Source: Nitrospirota bacterium (lineage in GTDB: Bacteria > Nitrospirota > Thermodesulfovibrionia > Thermodesulfovibrionales > JdFR-86). Taken from it: DNA of 64,000 bases. A program made the translations under genes and the position numbers. The stretch lies in assembly GCA_963721805.1 (NCBI GenBank), contig CAVRJY010000001.1, positions 416,001 through 480,000 of the forward strand, given 5' to 3'. Every line of letters begins with the position of its first letter. Position 1 is the stretch's first letter. Positions 26,728-37,817 of the stretch are shown here, in pieces. The notes under the pieces are model-generated. The model did no database searches and had not been told where the DNA came from. It was given only the letters and a program-made list of their open reading frames with translations.

Positions 26728-28841
26728 TGAGCACGAGGGTTCCCAGACTGATATTTATGCTGATGCTTATGGCGCTCGCGCTTTCCGCCTGCGCCACGGG
26801 CCAGATGAAAACCGCCGAGAAGCAGGAGACGCTCATCACCGGCTATGCGTTTTCCGATGGCGCTCTCACCCTCGCGATGAACAACCCCTACTCAGATTCG
26901 TACACGATCTACAAGCCGGGCGACCCCTTCACTGCGGTGGTCGAGATCCCCGGCGTCGGGCTCGGCAATGTCGCCGCCAGCGCCGCATCCAGCAAGGGCG
27001 GGATCACCGAGGCCAAGTTCACCGTGATCAATACGCCGAAGCTCATGACCCGCGTCGAGGTCTCGATGGATTCGCCCTCTGACCTCGTGGCCGAGCGCAC
27101 GGGCAACACGCTCAGGCTCCGCGTGGTGAAGGCCGAGGAGCCCAAGGCCCCGGCGGCAGAGGCTGCACCGGCGGCACCGGCGCAAGAGACCGCCCCGGCG
27201 GCATCCGCGCCAGCGGGCGAGGTCACCAGCATCAGGTTTGAGCCCGGCGCTGGAGACACGCTGAACCTTGTAATCCAGGGCGACGGAGCTATCACGCCCC
27301 AAGTGTACGCCATGGGCGGGAAGGTCATCCTCGACTTCCCCGGCATCAAGATGTCCGCGATGGTCCCGATGAAGGCCGTCCCTCCGGTGCTCGGCATACG
27401 CAAGGGCCTCTACGAGGGCAGCCCGAGGCTCATACTGGATCTGGACCGCGACAGCAGGTTTGACGTCGCGTCGGTGGGCAACTCGGTCGTCCTGACGTTC
27501 AAGAGCTCCTCGGCCGGCAGGTCAGCCGCCACGGCCAGTGAGGCCGCCGAAGGCACCGAGGTCGTCACCGGCACAGCCGCCCCCACAGAGGAACTCAAGG
27601 CGCCTCACGCGAAATACACCGGCAAGATTATCTCCCTGGATTTCCAGGATGCCGACATAGTGCCGATCTTCAGGTTCATAGGCGAGGTGGCCGGGCTGAA
27701 CGTCGTCATACACCCAGACGTGAAGGGCAAGATAACCCTCAAGCTCCTCAACGTGCCTTGGGACCAGGCCCTGGACATAATCCTCAAGCTCTCCGGGCTC
27801 GGAGATTCCATTGACGGCAACATACTCACCATCGCGCCTACCAAGGTCTTCACGGAACAGAAGGAAGATGCGCGCAAGCTGCAGGAGGCCTCAGCGAAGG
27901 CCGCCGATATCGTGCAGGCGACCGTACACCTCGACTATATCGAGGCCGCCGACTTCCAGGCCAAGCTCAAGGAGGCCAGCGTGTTCAGCGACCGCGGCAA
28001 GTCCCGCATCGACCCGCGCACGAACACCCTGATCGTCAACGACACAGAGGACGTCATCAACAGGATCATAAACGAGGAGCGGCCCTACTGGGATACCCCC
28101 GAGCACGGCAAGTTGCAGGTCATGATCGAGGCCCGCATGGTCGAGGTCGACAGCTCGCTTAACCGCACGCTCGGCGTAGCCTGGGGCGGCAACGCCACGA
28201 ACGACAACTTCAGCTTCATACATGACGCGTCCTCGTATGACGTTTCGGTGAATACGCCGGTAGTGCCTGCGGGGCCAAACGTCAACATCGGCGGCCCCGG
28301 AGGGGTCCTGTCAATCGGATATACCGAGACCTTTAAAGCCAACCTGTCCATACAGGCGCTCGAGTCGGTCGACGAGGCGAGGAGCCTCGCCAACCCCAAG
28401 GTGCTGACGATGGACGGCCATGCGGCCAAGATCGAGCAGGGCGCGCAGATACCGTACCAGACAGTCAGCTCAAACGGCACGCAGACGCAGTTCGTCAGCG
28501 CCACGCTGAGCCTCGAGGTGACGCCTGAGATACAGCCCAACGGGATAATCAAGATGAAGATCAAGGCCAAGAACGACTCGCCTACGACGGTGCAGGGGGC
28601 CTCGGCGCCCGCCATCAACACACAGAACGTTGAGACCAGCGCCCTGATCCGCGACGGCGAGACGCTCGTACTGGGCGGCATCTACAAGCAGAAGAACGAG
28701 GATACCGAGGGCGGCATTCCGTACCTGCACAATATACCGTTCCTCGGCTGGCTTTTCAAGACGAGAGGGACGATCAACAACCAGACGGAGCTGCTGATAT
28801 TCATAACGCCGACCATCGTCAACCGCACGGCCAGCAGGTAA
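26727..28841 (+). CDS. pilQ: Type IV pilus secretin PilQ
   Basis: ISLDFQDAD, NVPWDQAL, QVMIEAR, LGWLFK..ELLIFITP; LSAC lipobox. Confidence 0.96.
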   Translation: MSTRVPRLIFMLMLMALALSACATGQMKTAEKQETLITGYAFSDGALTLAMNNPYSDSYTIYKPGDPFTAVVEIPGVGLGNVAASAASSKGGITEAKFTVINTPKLMTRVEVSMDSPSDLVAERTGNTLRLRVVKAEEPKAPAAEAAPAAPAQETAPAASAPAGEVTSIRFEPGAGDTLNLVIQGDGAITPQVYAMGGKVILDFPGIKMSAMVPMKAVPPVLGIRKGLYEGSPRLILDLDRDSRFDVASVGNSVVLTFKSSSAGRSAATASEAAEGTEVVTGTAAPTEELKAPHAKYTGKIISLDFQDADIVPIFRFIGEVAGLNVVIHPDVKGKITLKLLNVPWDQALDIILKLSGLGDSIDGNILTIAPTKVFTEQKEDARKLQEASAKAADIVQATVHLDYIEAADFQAKLKEASVFSDRGKSRIDPRTNTLIVNDTEDVINRIINEERPYWDTPEHGKLQVMIEARMVEVDSSLNRTLGVAWGGNATNDNFSFIHDASSYDVSVNTPVVPAGPNVNIGGPGGVLSIGYTETFKANLSIQALESVDEARSLANPKVLTMDGHAAKIEQGAQIPYQTVSSNGTQTQFVSATLSLEVTPEIQPNGIIKMKIKAKNDSPTTVQGASAPAINTQNVETSALIRDGETLVLGGIYKQKNEDTEGGIPYLHNIPFLGWLFKTRGTINNQTELLIFITPTIVNRTASR

Positions 28842-28977
28842 TGCCGGCGTCGGATCATGGCATCGGCGGGTGCAGCGGCACCACAGGTGGCACAAGCGCG
28901 CGCGAGCGCCGTAATAGCTACGTGGCCGGACAGCTGCCCGGCACTTACAGACCTATCGTGATGAGGGGACAACTGAA

Positions 28978-31726
28978 ATGATACGCAAGAACGCTTCATT
29001 CATAGGCATACTGATGCTCCTGCTAATGCCCTCGCTGATGGCGGCTGTTTTCACGGGCTGCGGCGGCTCGGGCAACAGCGCCTCGTCGGGCGGCTCCTCG
29101 GCTGCGGTCAGCTCCGCGTCGCTGGGCAAGATCGGTATCCAGGGCCTCGTCAACTCAGCGTCCGACCTCCTCATCACGAACGCTGCGGGCGACCAGTCCG
29201 AGCCGGACGTCGCCTATGACACGAAACACCCGCAGTATTTCATCGTATGGACCGACAACAGATTAGGTGCATCTCGAACAGCGACATATACGGCGCTCTG
29301 GTTAACGGCCTCGACAATTCCGTATCGATGGACCCTTTCATTATCTCGGACGACGCTTCAACGGCCGACCAGGTCCACCCCGCAGTTGCTATAACAGCGG
29401 ATACGCACAAGTTCCTCGTCGTATGGGAGACAGCAGAAACGGCTATTCCCAGATATAGCGGCCAGTTCGTCGACGGCCTGACCGGGACAAGCGGCGAGGG
29501 CGCCAACTTCCCGGTAACCTCGGCTTATACTGCTGACCAGGACGAAACATATCTAGAACCGATTGACGGCAGCGGTATCACAAACGCTTTGACCGGCACC
29601 GTCACAAACACCACGACCTACCAGGCCCAGCATACGCCGTCGGTTACTTACAACACTGTAAAGTCCAAGTTCATGGTGGCATGGCAGGAGAGCACGGACG
29701 CCGACTATCAGTATTTGTATGTAACAGATGTGTGCACCGAATTCGCATTGTTCCCTGAGAAGTATCTCAGGGCTGCCACGGCAGACAATATCATGGTGCG
29801 CTACGCGGTGCTCAATCGTCCTCAGACATAGAGCTGCCAGACGGCAATGGTGACCTTCCAAGGGCCAATTTCAGCTCGCTTGTCATTACTGACGGCCCAC
29901 ATATACAGACAGCTGCTCCGCGACATCAAAAGCAGGCAGACCGTTATAAAATTACGACGCTCATGGGCAGCGAGTCCTCTCCGAGGATAGGTTTCCACCC
30001 CACAGACGGCGTCCCTATCATTATGTGGTCGGGCAAGAAGAAAGCAGTTACATACACAGTCAAGTTCGCTGGCACTTATGACAGCTGGGACCGACAGTTG
30101 GAAATGGACGGAAACCGGCCCTACGTTCACAACGAGCGACGCGGATACCTACAGGAATATCTATCTCAGGAAGGACACTCTTGGGCTCGTTACTGATCTG
30201 GCCCTTACGCCGGATTCTACTAATTTCTATAATCCGTCCTTCGCGCCAGCGGTCGACAGGCTGCTCGTTGTTTGGGAAGCTGCTTCAACTAACAGAGATA
30301 TCTATGGCGAGTTTGTAGACTATGACCATTAGTCCGCTGAGCTTCACGCCTCTCGATCTCTACCGCGCAGGGCAACCAGACCAACCCGAAGGTTGCTTAC
30401 GAATCCAGCAATGACAGGTTCTTCGTGATCTGGGAGGACGGCCGCAATCTCTCGGTCAACCCCTCGAACATGGACGTATACGGCCAATTCATAGACTCGA
30501 GCGATACGCTCTCGGGTGCGAACTTCATTCTTGACCACGAATACGAGCAACCAGTCCCAACCGGCCCTCTCGTTCGCGACGACACGGAGTCACAGAAGTT
30601 CCTGGTAGGCTGGAAGGACGGCCGCAACGCCTCGCTTCCGGGCTCACCGACCGGGCAGTCGGACTTGTACGCCAACCTTTGGAGTGGCTCAACCGCACCG
30701 AACCTCGTTGTGGCGGACAACGCCACCCCTGCGTGCCGCTTTATACGCAGTCACACGACTTCGGCGGGCTCGTAAACGGGGCCGCCCGTTACGTTTCGTC
30801 ATCAGGATATACAATAACGGCAACGCCCCCTTAACATACGGAACCTTTACGGGCGAGCGCAATCGTAAATGTCGGAGTGGCCAACAGCGCCAGTGCCGTT
30901 TAATATCGACGAGCACGATCCCGACAATGATCCTCGCCGGTGAGCTACACCACCATAGGCGTGCAGTTTCAGCCCGGCCGGTCGGCCCCAATCTACAGCG
31001 GCATCGCTCACGATCAACAGCGACGGCGGCACAACAGTGCTCCAGTTCACCGGCTCGCTGATCTCGGGCACCGCAAGTCCGATCTCATCAACGTAGCCTC
31101 ATCATCCGTCCCAACCGGTACGTAGAACACGACCTATACTGGCACTGTTGTGGCTAGCGGTGGGGTTATCCCCTATACTTTCAGCATAAGCTCGGGCACG
31201 CTACCTAACGGTCTTTCAATCGAAGGCTCAAGCGGCGTGATCAGCGGCACACCTACAGCGAATGGCACGAACAATTTCACAGTAATGGTGACTGACGCAA
31301 TAGCTGCCCATGCCAGCCAGTCAATTCAGCGTCACGATCACCGGTGCACCTTCTGGCGGCGGTGGTGGCGGCGGCGGCGGTGGCGGTGGCGGCGGAGGCA
31401 GCAGTAGCGGCGGGAAAGAGGCGTGCTTCATAGCCACGGCTGCGTACGGGAGCTACCTTGACCCGCACGTCATGGCGCTGCGCGTGTTCCGCGACAGGTA
31501 TCTGCTAACGAACCCGGCAGGCCGCGAGTTCGTAGCGTTCTACTACCGCAACTCGCCGCCCATAGCGGACTTCATATCACAGCACGAGGCGCTCAGGACG
31601 GCCACGCGCATGGCCCTGACGCCCATCGTATACGGCGTCCAGTACCCGCTGTTCGGCTTCGGCATGATCGCCGCCGCCGGAGCGGCCCCGCTGATAAGGC
31701 GGCGTCTCAGGAAGCGCCAGAAGTAA
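28978..31726 (+). pseudogene. Fragmented large surface lipoprotein with repeated W(E/K)DGRN-type units, a He_PIG/Ig-like domain, a Gly linker and a CFI-box-CTERM domain
   Basis: Coherent protein text spread across frames: FTGC lipobox, [61 protein letters not shown]. Confidence 0.75.
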
Positions 31727-31744
31727 GACTCCAGTCCAAAACCT

Positions 31745-31780
31745 GCGGGCCGGGTCGCGCGTAAGCGCCCCGGCCCGCTT
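31745..31780 (+). terminator. Hairpin after the CFI-box gene
   Basis: GCGGGCCGGG...CCCGGCCCGC followed by TT. Confidence 0.5.
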
Positions 31781-32024
31781 GCACGTTCAGCCCCCCGCTT
31801 ATCACGCTTGCAGCAAGAGAAGGGCCTGTGGCCCCCCGGCCCGCTTGCACGTTATTTATCACGCTTGCGGTAGGGGAAGGGGGCAGTCGCCCCCCGGCCC
31901 GCTTGCACGTTCAGCCCCCCGCTTATCACGCTTGCAGCAAGGGAAGGGGCCTGTGGCCCCCCGCCCGCTTGCACGTTAGTTATTTATCACGCTTGCGGTA
32001 GGGGAAGGGTGCAACTGCCCCTTC
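31772..32024. repeat. A-B-A-B tandem repeat (AB period 124 bp)
   Basis: GCCCGCTTGCACGTT units starting near 31772, 31838, 31896 and 31963, each followed by TTATCACGCTTGC and a G/C hairpin. Confidence 0.9.
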
Positions 32025-32056
32025 CAGATCGCCAACGCGCTATGCTATATTATCGG

Positions 32057-32848
32057 ATGAAATTCCTGAGCATTGTGGTTGCATGTCTGCTCGCAATTTC
32101 CTGCGGCGGCGGGGGTGCGGGCTCCGGCGGCGGTGGCGGCAACGGCGGCTCGAGCGACACCGGCACGGTCGTGACCGCGAGCGTGGTGCCCGGCTCCGTC
32201 AACGTGGACTACTGCTCTGACGAGGGTGAGACCGCCTCGGCCACGCTTACGGCCGACCTCATCAACTCCTCCCTGCCCTCAAACACGCTCACGACCGAGA
32301 GCTACCGCGTCACGTTCACGCCTCTGACGCACGGCGCGCCGGTCATAAACGGCGGCGTATTTTCGGACAGCCGCACGCTGCCCGCAAGCGAATTCCCAGT
32401 CTCATTCATCGGTTCGTCCGATAAGCTTGCGCTAAGGGCGGCCCTGGCGAACTCCGGGGCGGCGTATTCGTACACCGCGAGGTACAGGTTTTCGGGCGAG
32501 GACCTTTACGGCACCTCATGGAGCGCGGTCGGGAGCTTCGCGTTCAACCTTGGCAAGTTCTCGGCCTGCCCGCTTTCGATATATCCGCCCGCGGCTACGG
32601 TCACAGGCATCAACAACCCGGACTCCGACCTGGGTGACGACGTCCTCTTTAGGGTCAGCGGCGGCACGCCGCCCTTTACGGTATTTTCCGACAGCGTGCT
32701 TCTAAACTCCCCCGGGACGCTCCCGGACGGGATAACGAGCTTCATCGCGGACCCCAATCAGGCTACCGAGCCCACCATGGTTACGCTCACCGTATCGGAC
32801 TCCCTCGGCGCCCTGAGCACGGCAACCCTCACGGTCACATCGCCCTGA
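32057..32848 (+). CDS. Hypothetical lipoprotein, beta-rich/Ig-like
   Basis: MKFLSIVVACLLAISC lipobox, Gly linker, VSGGTPPFTV...LTVSDS. Confidence 0.75.
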   Translation: MKFLSIVVACLLAISCGGGGAGSGGGGGNGGSSDTGTVVTASVVPGSVNVDYCSDEGETASATLTADLINSSLPSNTLTTESYRVTFTPLTHGAPVINGGVFSDSRTLPASEFPVSFIGSSDKLALRAALANSGAAYSYTARYRFSGEDLYGTSWSAVGSFAFNLGKFSACPLSIYPPAATVTGINNPDSDLGDDVLFRVSGGTPPFTVFSDSVLLNSPGTLPDGITSFIADPNQATEPTMVTLTVSDSLGALSTATLTVTSP

Positions 32849-32921
32849 GGGGGTGCCACGGGCACCTCTCCCTATTCGCGGGGTCATTGACCCCTCTCAC
32901 TATTCGCGCCACTGCGCTCAT
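32849..32921. repeat. REP-like hairpin plus two inverted TGAG..GCGAATA units
   Basis: GGGGTGCCACGGGCACC; TATTCGC...CTCA at 32873 and 32901. Confidence 0.75.
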
Positions 32922-32925
32922 CTTT

Positions 32926-33116
32926 TAATCAATGCCGTTGACCGCTCGCACGGTTACGCAGATGAAACTTAAAGCGCGAGAAATCGTCTTCAGACAAGGG
33001 GTGCCACGGGCACCTTTTACTTTAAAGGAGGGGCCCGTGACCCCCGCAGGTGTACTGAGACGTACTCCGAGGGAGATTTTCGGATGACGCAGTATGAAGC
33101 GATTTGGTGCGACTTT
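32926..33116 (+). repeat. Long-hairpin repeat copy R7, interrupted by REP-like hairpins
   Basis: TAATCAATGCCGTTGACC head, AAAGCGCG, CAGACAAGG, inserted GGGGTGCCACGGGCACC, GTACTGAGACGTAC apex. Confidence 0.85.
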
Positions 33117-33136
33117 CCAATGAGCAGCGAATGAGT

Positions 33137-34462
33137 TTACTCTCCTTTAAGGATTTTCCAGAGTGACGTACGGGATATGCCGAGTATTTCCGCCGCTCTC
33201 GTGCGGTTGCCGCCTAACGATTTCACGACCTTCTCGGCATACTCCTTCACTACCGTATCGACCGGCTTGATCTCGTCCGCGCGGAAGGTCTCGACCCGGT
33301 GCATCGTGATGCCCTGCGGCAGGCTCGACGGGGTTATCTGCGGCCCCTGCTCGACGATGATCGCGCGCTCGACGATGTTTTCGAGCTCGCGCACGTTACC
33401 CGGAAACGTATAGCCCATCAGCACGCGCATCGCATCTTCAGAGATGGCCGTGATCTTCTTGCTGTACTTTGGCAGGTGTTTTTTTAGGAAGAACCTGCAC
33501 AGCGGGTCGATGTCCTCGGTGCGCTCCCTTAGCGGCGGGATGAAGATCTCCATCGTGTTGAGGCGGTAGTAGAGGTCCGCGCGGAACCCGCGCTCGGCGA
33601 TGAGCTGCTTGATGTTCTGGTTTGTCGCTGCGATGAACCGCACGTCGGCCCTCATCGCCCTGGTGCCGCCGACGCGCATGAACTCGCAGTCTTCGAGCAC
33701 GCGCAGGAGCTTGGCCTGAAGCGCCGGGGACATCTCGGAGATCTCGTCCAGAAACAGCGTGCCGGTGTCGGCGACCTCGATCAGGCCGGGCTTGGCGTTG
33801 ACCGCCCCGGTAAACGCGCCGCGCTCGTAACCGAAAAGCTCGCTCGCGAGCAGCTCCTCGGTGAACGTGGCGCAGTTGACCGCGAGGAACGGCTTGTCCC
33901 TGCGCGGGCCGGTGAAGTGTATGGTGCGGGCGACGAGCCCCTTGCCCACGCCGGTCTCGCCCGTGAGCAGGACATTGAACTGCGAGTCCCTGATCTGCTC
34001 TATGGTCTTAACGATGTGCTTCATGCCGGGGCTGGCCGCGACCATATTGATGTCGTTTTCGAAATTGAAGTAGGTCTTAAGCGCGATGTTTTCTTTCCTT
34101 AGGGCGTTGCGCTCCTCTATCTTGCGGACGCGCACGGCGAGGTCGTCCAGGTCGAAGGGCTTGGTGATGTAGTCGGCCGCGCCCTTGCGCATGGCCTCCA
34201 CCGCGGAGCTCACGCTGCCGTAGCCGGTGATGACGATGGCGAGCATCTCGGGCCATTTGGCGCGCGCATCCTCAAGCAGCTCCATGCCGCCGAGGCCCGG
34301 CATCTTGAGGTCCGTGATCAGCAGGTCGAACCGCTCGCGCTCGAGCGCCTCTGTGGCCTCGCGGCCGTCGCGCGCGCCCGTGGCCGAGTGGCCCTCCTCG
34401 GCGAGGGACTCGATGATGTTGTCGCGCGTGATGTCCTCGTCTTCGGCTACCAGAATCCTCAT
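33137..34462 (-). CDS. Sigma-54-dependent response regulator (NtrC family)
   Basis: REC domain, GETGVGK, ELFGYERGAFTGA, PGNVRELEN, Fis HTH. Confidence 0.96.
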   Translation of the reverse strand: MRILVAEDEDITRDNIIESLAEEGHSATGARDGREATEALERERFDLLITDLKMPGLGGMELLEDARAKWPEMLAIVITGYGSVSSAVEAMRKGAADYITKPFDLDDLAVRVRKIEERNALRKENIALKTYFNFENDINMVAASPGMKHIVKTIEQIRDSQFNVLLTGETGVGKGLVARTIHFTGPRRDKPFLAVNCATFTEELLASELFGYERGAFTGAVNAKPGLIEVADTGTLFLDEISEMSPALQAKLLRVLEDCEFMRVGGTRAMRADVRFIAATNQNIKQLIAERGFRADLYYRLNTMEIFIPPLRERTEDIDPLCRFFLKKHLPKYSKKITAISEDAMRVLMGYTFPGNVRELENIVERAIIVEQGPQITPSSLPQGITMHRVETFRADEIKPVDTVVKEYAEKVVKSLGGNRTRAAEILGISRTSLWKILKGE

Positions 34463-36024
34463 GCCTTGCGGTCGTCCTCCATCGTGGCACCGGGCAGGGT
34501 GATCGTGAAGATCGTCCCCTCCTCCTCGGCGCTCGCGGCGCGGATCTCGCCGCCGTGCTTGGTTATTATACTGTAAACGACGGCCAGACCGAGCCCGGTG
34601 CCCTTGTCCTTGGTGCTGTAGAACGGCTCGAATATGCGCTCCAGTAGCTTGTCCGGGATGCCGCGGCCGCTGTTGGCCACCTCCACGCTCACGCGGTCCC
34701 CGGCCGGTTCGACCGTCACGGTGATCGAGCCGCGGCCCCCCATGGCCTCGACCGCGTTCGTAAACAGGTTGATGAAGACCTGTTCCATCTGCGTCGGGTC
34801 GGCATGGATGCAGCGGGGCGCCTCAGGGGCGACCATGAGCGCGAACTCCACCTCCCGGACGTCCATGGAGTTTACGATGTAGTTATACGAGGTGCGGATG
34901 AGGGCCTCGAGCTCGATGTCCTCGAGGTGCGGCGCACGGGTGCGTGCGAACTCCAGCAGGTCGCCTACGATCTTCTTGACCCGCAGCGTCTGGCCGAAGA
35001 TGTCCTGCAGGCCCTTTTTCAGGACGGGGTCGCTCTCGAGGTCGATCTTTTTGTTGAGCCGCTGCGCGGTCGTGTAGATGTTGTTCAGAGGGTTGTTGAG
35101 CTCGTGCGCCACCCCGGAGGCAAGCGTGCCGATGGCCGAGAGCTTCTTGCTTTGAAGGAGCGCCTCTTCGTGCTCGGCGAGCTGCGACTCCATCTGGCGG
35201 TACTTGCGGATTATCACGTCGATCTCGTCGCGGTCCCCAGGCGCCTTTGCGGCCTCGTCCGAGCCGGAGGCGATATTAAAGCCCTTGCTGGTCTTCTCAA
35301 TCTGGCGCGCGAGCTCCGCGAGCCTCCGGGCGATGCTGCGGCCCATCAGCAGCGAGGCCCCGATGCCGAGGGCGAGGAAGGTGGGGAGGAAGATGCGCGC
35401 GGCGATCCGCGTGCGGAAGACCGCGCCCTCGGCCTCGGCGCGCGAGGCGCGGTCGAACTCGTTCGTGAGCGACAGGAGCGTCTCGCCTATCTTGCGCAGC
35501 TGCTGGACCTTGCTGCCGAGGGCGTCGCTAAGGCGCACGGCGGGGTCCGCGTCCGAGAGGCCGAGCCGGAGCTGAAGGACGTGCGCGGAGGCCGGCGGGT
35601 CTTCGAGGAACGTGCCCTCGACGTACTCGATCAGCGGGATCTCGCCGGGGCTCTGGCGCTTCAGGCTGTCCAGCGCGACGTGTATCGTCGAGGCCAGGGT
35701 GACGATCTCGCCAAACAGCGTATGGTACTCGGCCGTCTTTAAAGATATCGCGCGGAACCGCTGCTCCTCGCTTTTTGATAGCGCGGCCTCAAGCTCGGCG
35801 AGCGTGGCCTCGACCGCGCTGAGGTCGCTCTGCCTGCGGTAGAGGAAGAAGTTCTTCTCGTGGCGGCGCAGCTCCAGCGCGGTGTTGCGGACGGTGTCGG
35901 AGAGTTCGAGCGTGTATATCTCGCGGTCGATCTTCCCGATCTGCGCGAGGCTGAAAAATACGAGCGCGGTCGCAAGCGCCGCACCGGCGGAAAACGTTAC
36001 GAGCAGTTTCCTTCTCAGCGTCAT
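34459..36024 (-). CDS. Membrane sensor histidine kinase
   Basis: GVAHELNNPL H-box, NLFTNA, GTGLGL. Confidence 0.95.
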   Translation of the reverse strand: MTLRRKLLVTFSAGAALATALVFFSLAQIGKIDREIYTLELSDTVRNTALELRRHEKNFFLYRRQSDLSAVEATLAELEAALSKSEEQRFRAISLKTAEYHTLFGEIVTLASTIHVALDSLKRQSPGEIPLIEYVEGTFLEDPPASAHVLQLRLGLSDADPAVRLSDALGSKVQQLRKIGETLLSLTNEFDRASRAEAEGAVFRTRIAARIFLPTFLALGIGASLLMGRSIARRLAELARQIEKTSKGFNIASGSDEAAKAPGDRDEIDVIIRKYRQMESQLAEHEEALLQSKKLSAIGTLASGVAHELNNPLNNIYTTAQRLNKKIDLESDPVLKKGLQDIFGQTLRVKKIVGDLLEFARTRAPHLEDIELEALIRTSYNYIVNSMDVREVEFALMVAPEAPRCIHADPTQMEQVFINLFTNAVEAMGGRGSITVTVEPAGDRVSVEVANSGRGIPDKLLERIFEPFYSTKDKGTGLGLAVVYSIITKHGGEIRAASAEEEGTIFTITLPGATMEDDRKA

Positions 36025-36104
36025 GGGTTTATTGTACTAAATCCATCTTGAAATTGATTGGTAAATTAAGGGGGAACTTCCCGGGGCCCTGTTGCAAGGG
36101 GCCC

Positions 36105-36791
36105 CTATGGCCTTGTGACTTTGAGCATCTGAAACGCGCCTTTCTGAAACTCGTAGGGCACTCTCTCGACCGTACAGGAGAGCCCGCCCGCGCCAAGCGC
36201 GGCGATGACCCCGTCGAGGTGCCTCGACCTCTTGCCGCCTAATTCCAGCAGCGGGAATACCCTCGCCTCCGCCGCGACCCTCAAAATCTCGATCAGGGAC
36301 GCGACGTGAAATTCCAGCGAGAGGCGTTCGCTGTACAGAAACAGGAAGTGCGAGCACAGAGCGAGGCCGAACTCCCCGGCCTCAAACGGCAGCGACGGAA
36401 GGGCCGCCGCAACGTACCGGCCACGCGCCCCGCCTTCGTCGTAGTCGGCCAGAAACTCGTCCATAGCATCGGTGCGGAGCCTTATGAGCGCATCGAGCGA
36501 TGGGATGCGTTCGTCCCAGACGTAATCGCGCAGGTTGGCGCGCGTCTGCCCGATGACCTGCACGCGCGCCTCGTCGATCCTGCCGCGGATTTCTTTTGCG
36601 CTGAAGGCGTAGATCGGGTCGGCCGAGGCCGCGCGGCCTCCCGCGCGGCAGAGCGTGGCGGTGAAGCTCGATGGCCCGCCCCCGATATCGAGGATGCGCA
36701 AAGAGAGGTCACGGGCGGAGAGCGCGAACATCGCCGCGTACTCGTCGAAAGACCGGCCCCAGGGCACTACGTCTCGGAGCGTGAATGACAT
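36105..36791 (-). CDS. SAM-dependent methyltransferase-like protein
   Basis: ILDIGGGPSSF, LPF..F.LALCSHFLFLYS. Confidence 0.8.
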   Translation of the reverse strand: MSFTLRDVVPWGRSFDEYAAMFALSARDLSLRILDIGGGPSSFTATLCRAGGRAASADPIYAFSAKEIRGRIDEARVQVIGQTRANLRDYVWDERIPSLDALIRLRTDAMDEFLADYDEGGARGRYVAAALPSLPFEAGEFGLALCSHFLFLYSERLSLEFHVASLIEILRVAAEARVFPLLELGGKRSRHLDGVIAALGAGGLSCTVERVPYEFQKGAFQMLKVTRP

Positions 36792-36792
36792 G

Positions 36793-37710
36793 TTACGGCA
36801 GATGCAGGTCCAGCGCGAGCCTGACGGCCTCGTTCATGCTCGCCGGGTCGGCCTTGCCCTGCCATGCGATGTCGTACGCGGTGCCGTGGTCCGGCGAGGT
36901 GCGTATGATCGGCAGGCCGACCGTGACATTGACCCCCTGCTCGAACCCCACGAGCTTAAGCGGGATAAGGCCCTGGTCGTGATACATGCATACGACGAGG
37001 TCGAACTCGCCGCGGTGGGCGCGGAAAAATACCGTATCGGGCGGGTAGGGGCCGGTGCACGGGATGCCCTCGGTGCGCGCAAGCTCTATCGCCGGGGCGA
37101 TCTGCTCGCGCTCCTCCGAGCCGAACATCCCGGCCTCGCCCGCGTGCGGGTTAAGCGCGGCCACCGCGATGCGCGGGGCGTCTATGGACAGCATCCTCGC
37201 GGCGCGGGCCGCGAGCCTGATCGTGCGCAGGACGCTCTCTTTGGTTATGAGCTCCGGGACGTCCCTGAGCGCGCGGTGTATCGTGACGAGCACCACTCTT
37301 AGCCCGCCCCCTATCAGCATCATCCCGAAATCGGTTGCGCGGGTCAGTTCAGCGAGCATCTCGGTATGCCCCGGCCACGGGAGCCCGGCCATCCGGAGGG
37401 CCTCTTTGGATATGGGCGCGGTGACCACTGCCGAGACCTCGCCCGCGAGTGCCATCGAGGCCGCGCGCCTGATGGCCTCGTATGCGGCCGAGCCGCCTCC
37501 GGCCGAGGGTGCGCCCTTAGTAAATTCAGCCATGCCGGTATCGACTATCGGGATCTTCATGGGCTCGCCGAGCATGGAGGCGGCCTCGCGGAAGACCTCT
37601 GCCGAGCCGACGAGCACCGTATCGGCGTCCCGGGCCGTCAGGGCCGCCCTGACCGCTACCTCAGGCCCGATGCCTCCGGGCTCGCCCATGGTTATAGCGA
37701 TGCGCTTCAT
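36793..37710 (-). CDS. pdxA: 4-hydroxythreonine-4-phosphate dehydrogenase
   Basis: TMGEPGGIGPE, GHTE, LNPHAGE, MYHDQGLIP, RTSPDHGTA. Confidence 0.97.
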   Translation of the reverse strand: MKRIAITMGEPGGIGPEVAVRAALTARDADTVLVGSAEVFREAASMLGEPMKIPIVDTGMAEFTKGAPSAGGGSAAYEAIRRAASMALAGEVSAVVTAPISKEALRMAGLPWPGHTEMLAELTRATDFGMMLIGGGLRVVLVTIHRALRDVPELITKESVLRTIRLAARAARMLSIDAPRIAVAALNPHAGEAGMFGSEEREQIAPAIELARTEGIPCTGPYPPDTVFFRAHRGEFDLVVCMYHDQGLIPLKLVGFEQGVNVTVGLPIIRTSPDHGTAYDIAWQGKADPASMNEAVRLALDLHLP

Positions 37711-37817
37711 CCAAAAATTATACACCGGCCGCGGTTAATTTTTTAATTGAAGCAACCCTGTCAATTGGTTATACTACCGCGATGCGTTAAATTGCCGTTA
37801 AGCGGGGGCATTATATT

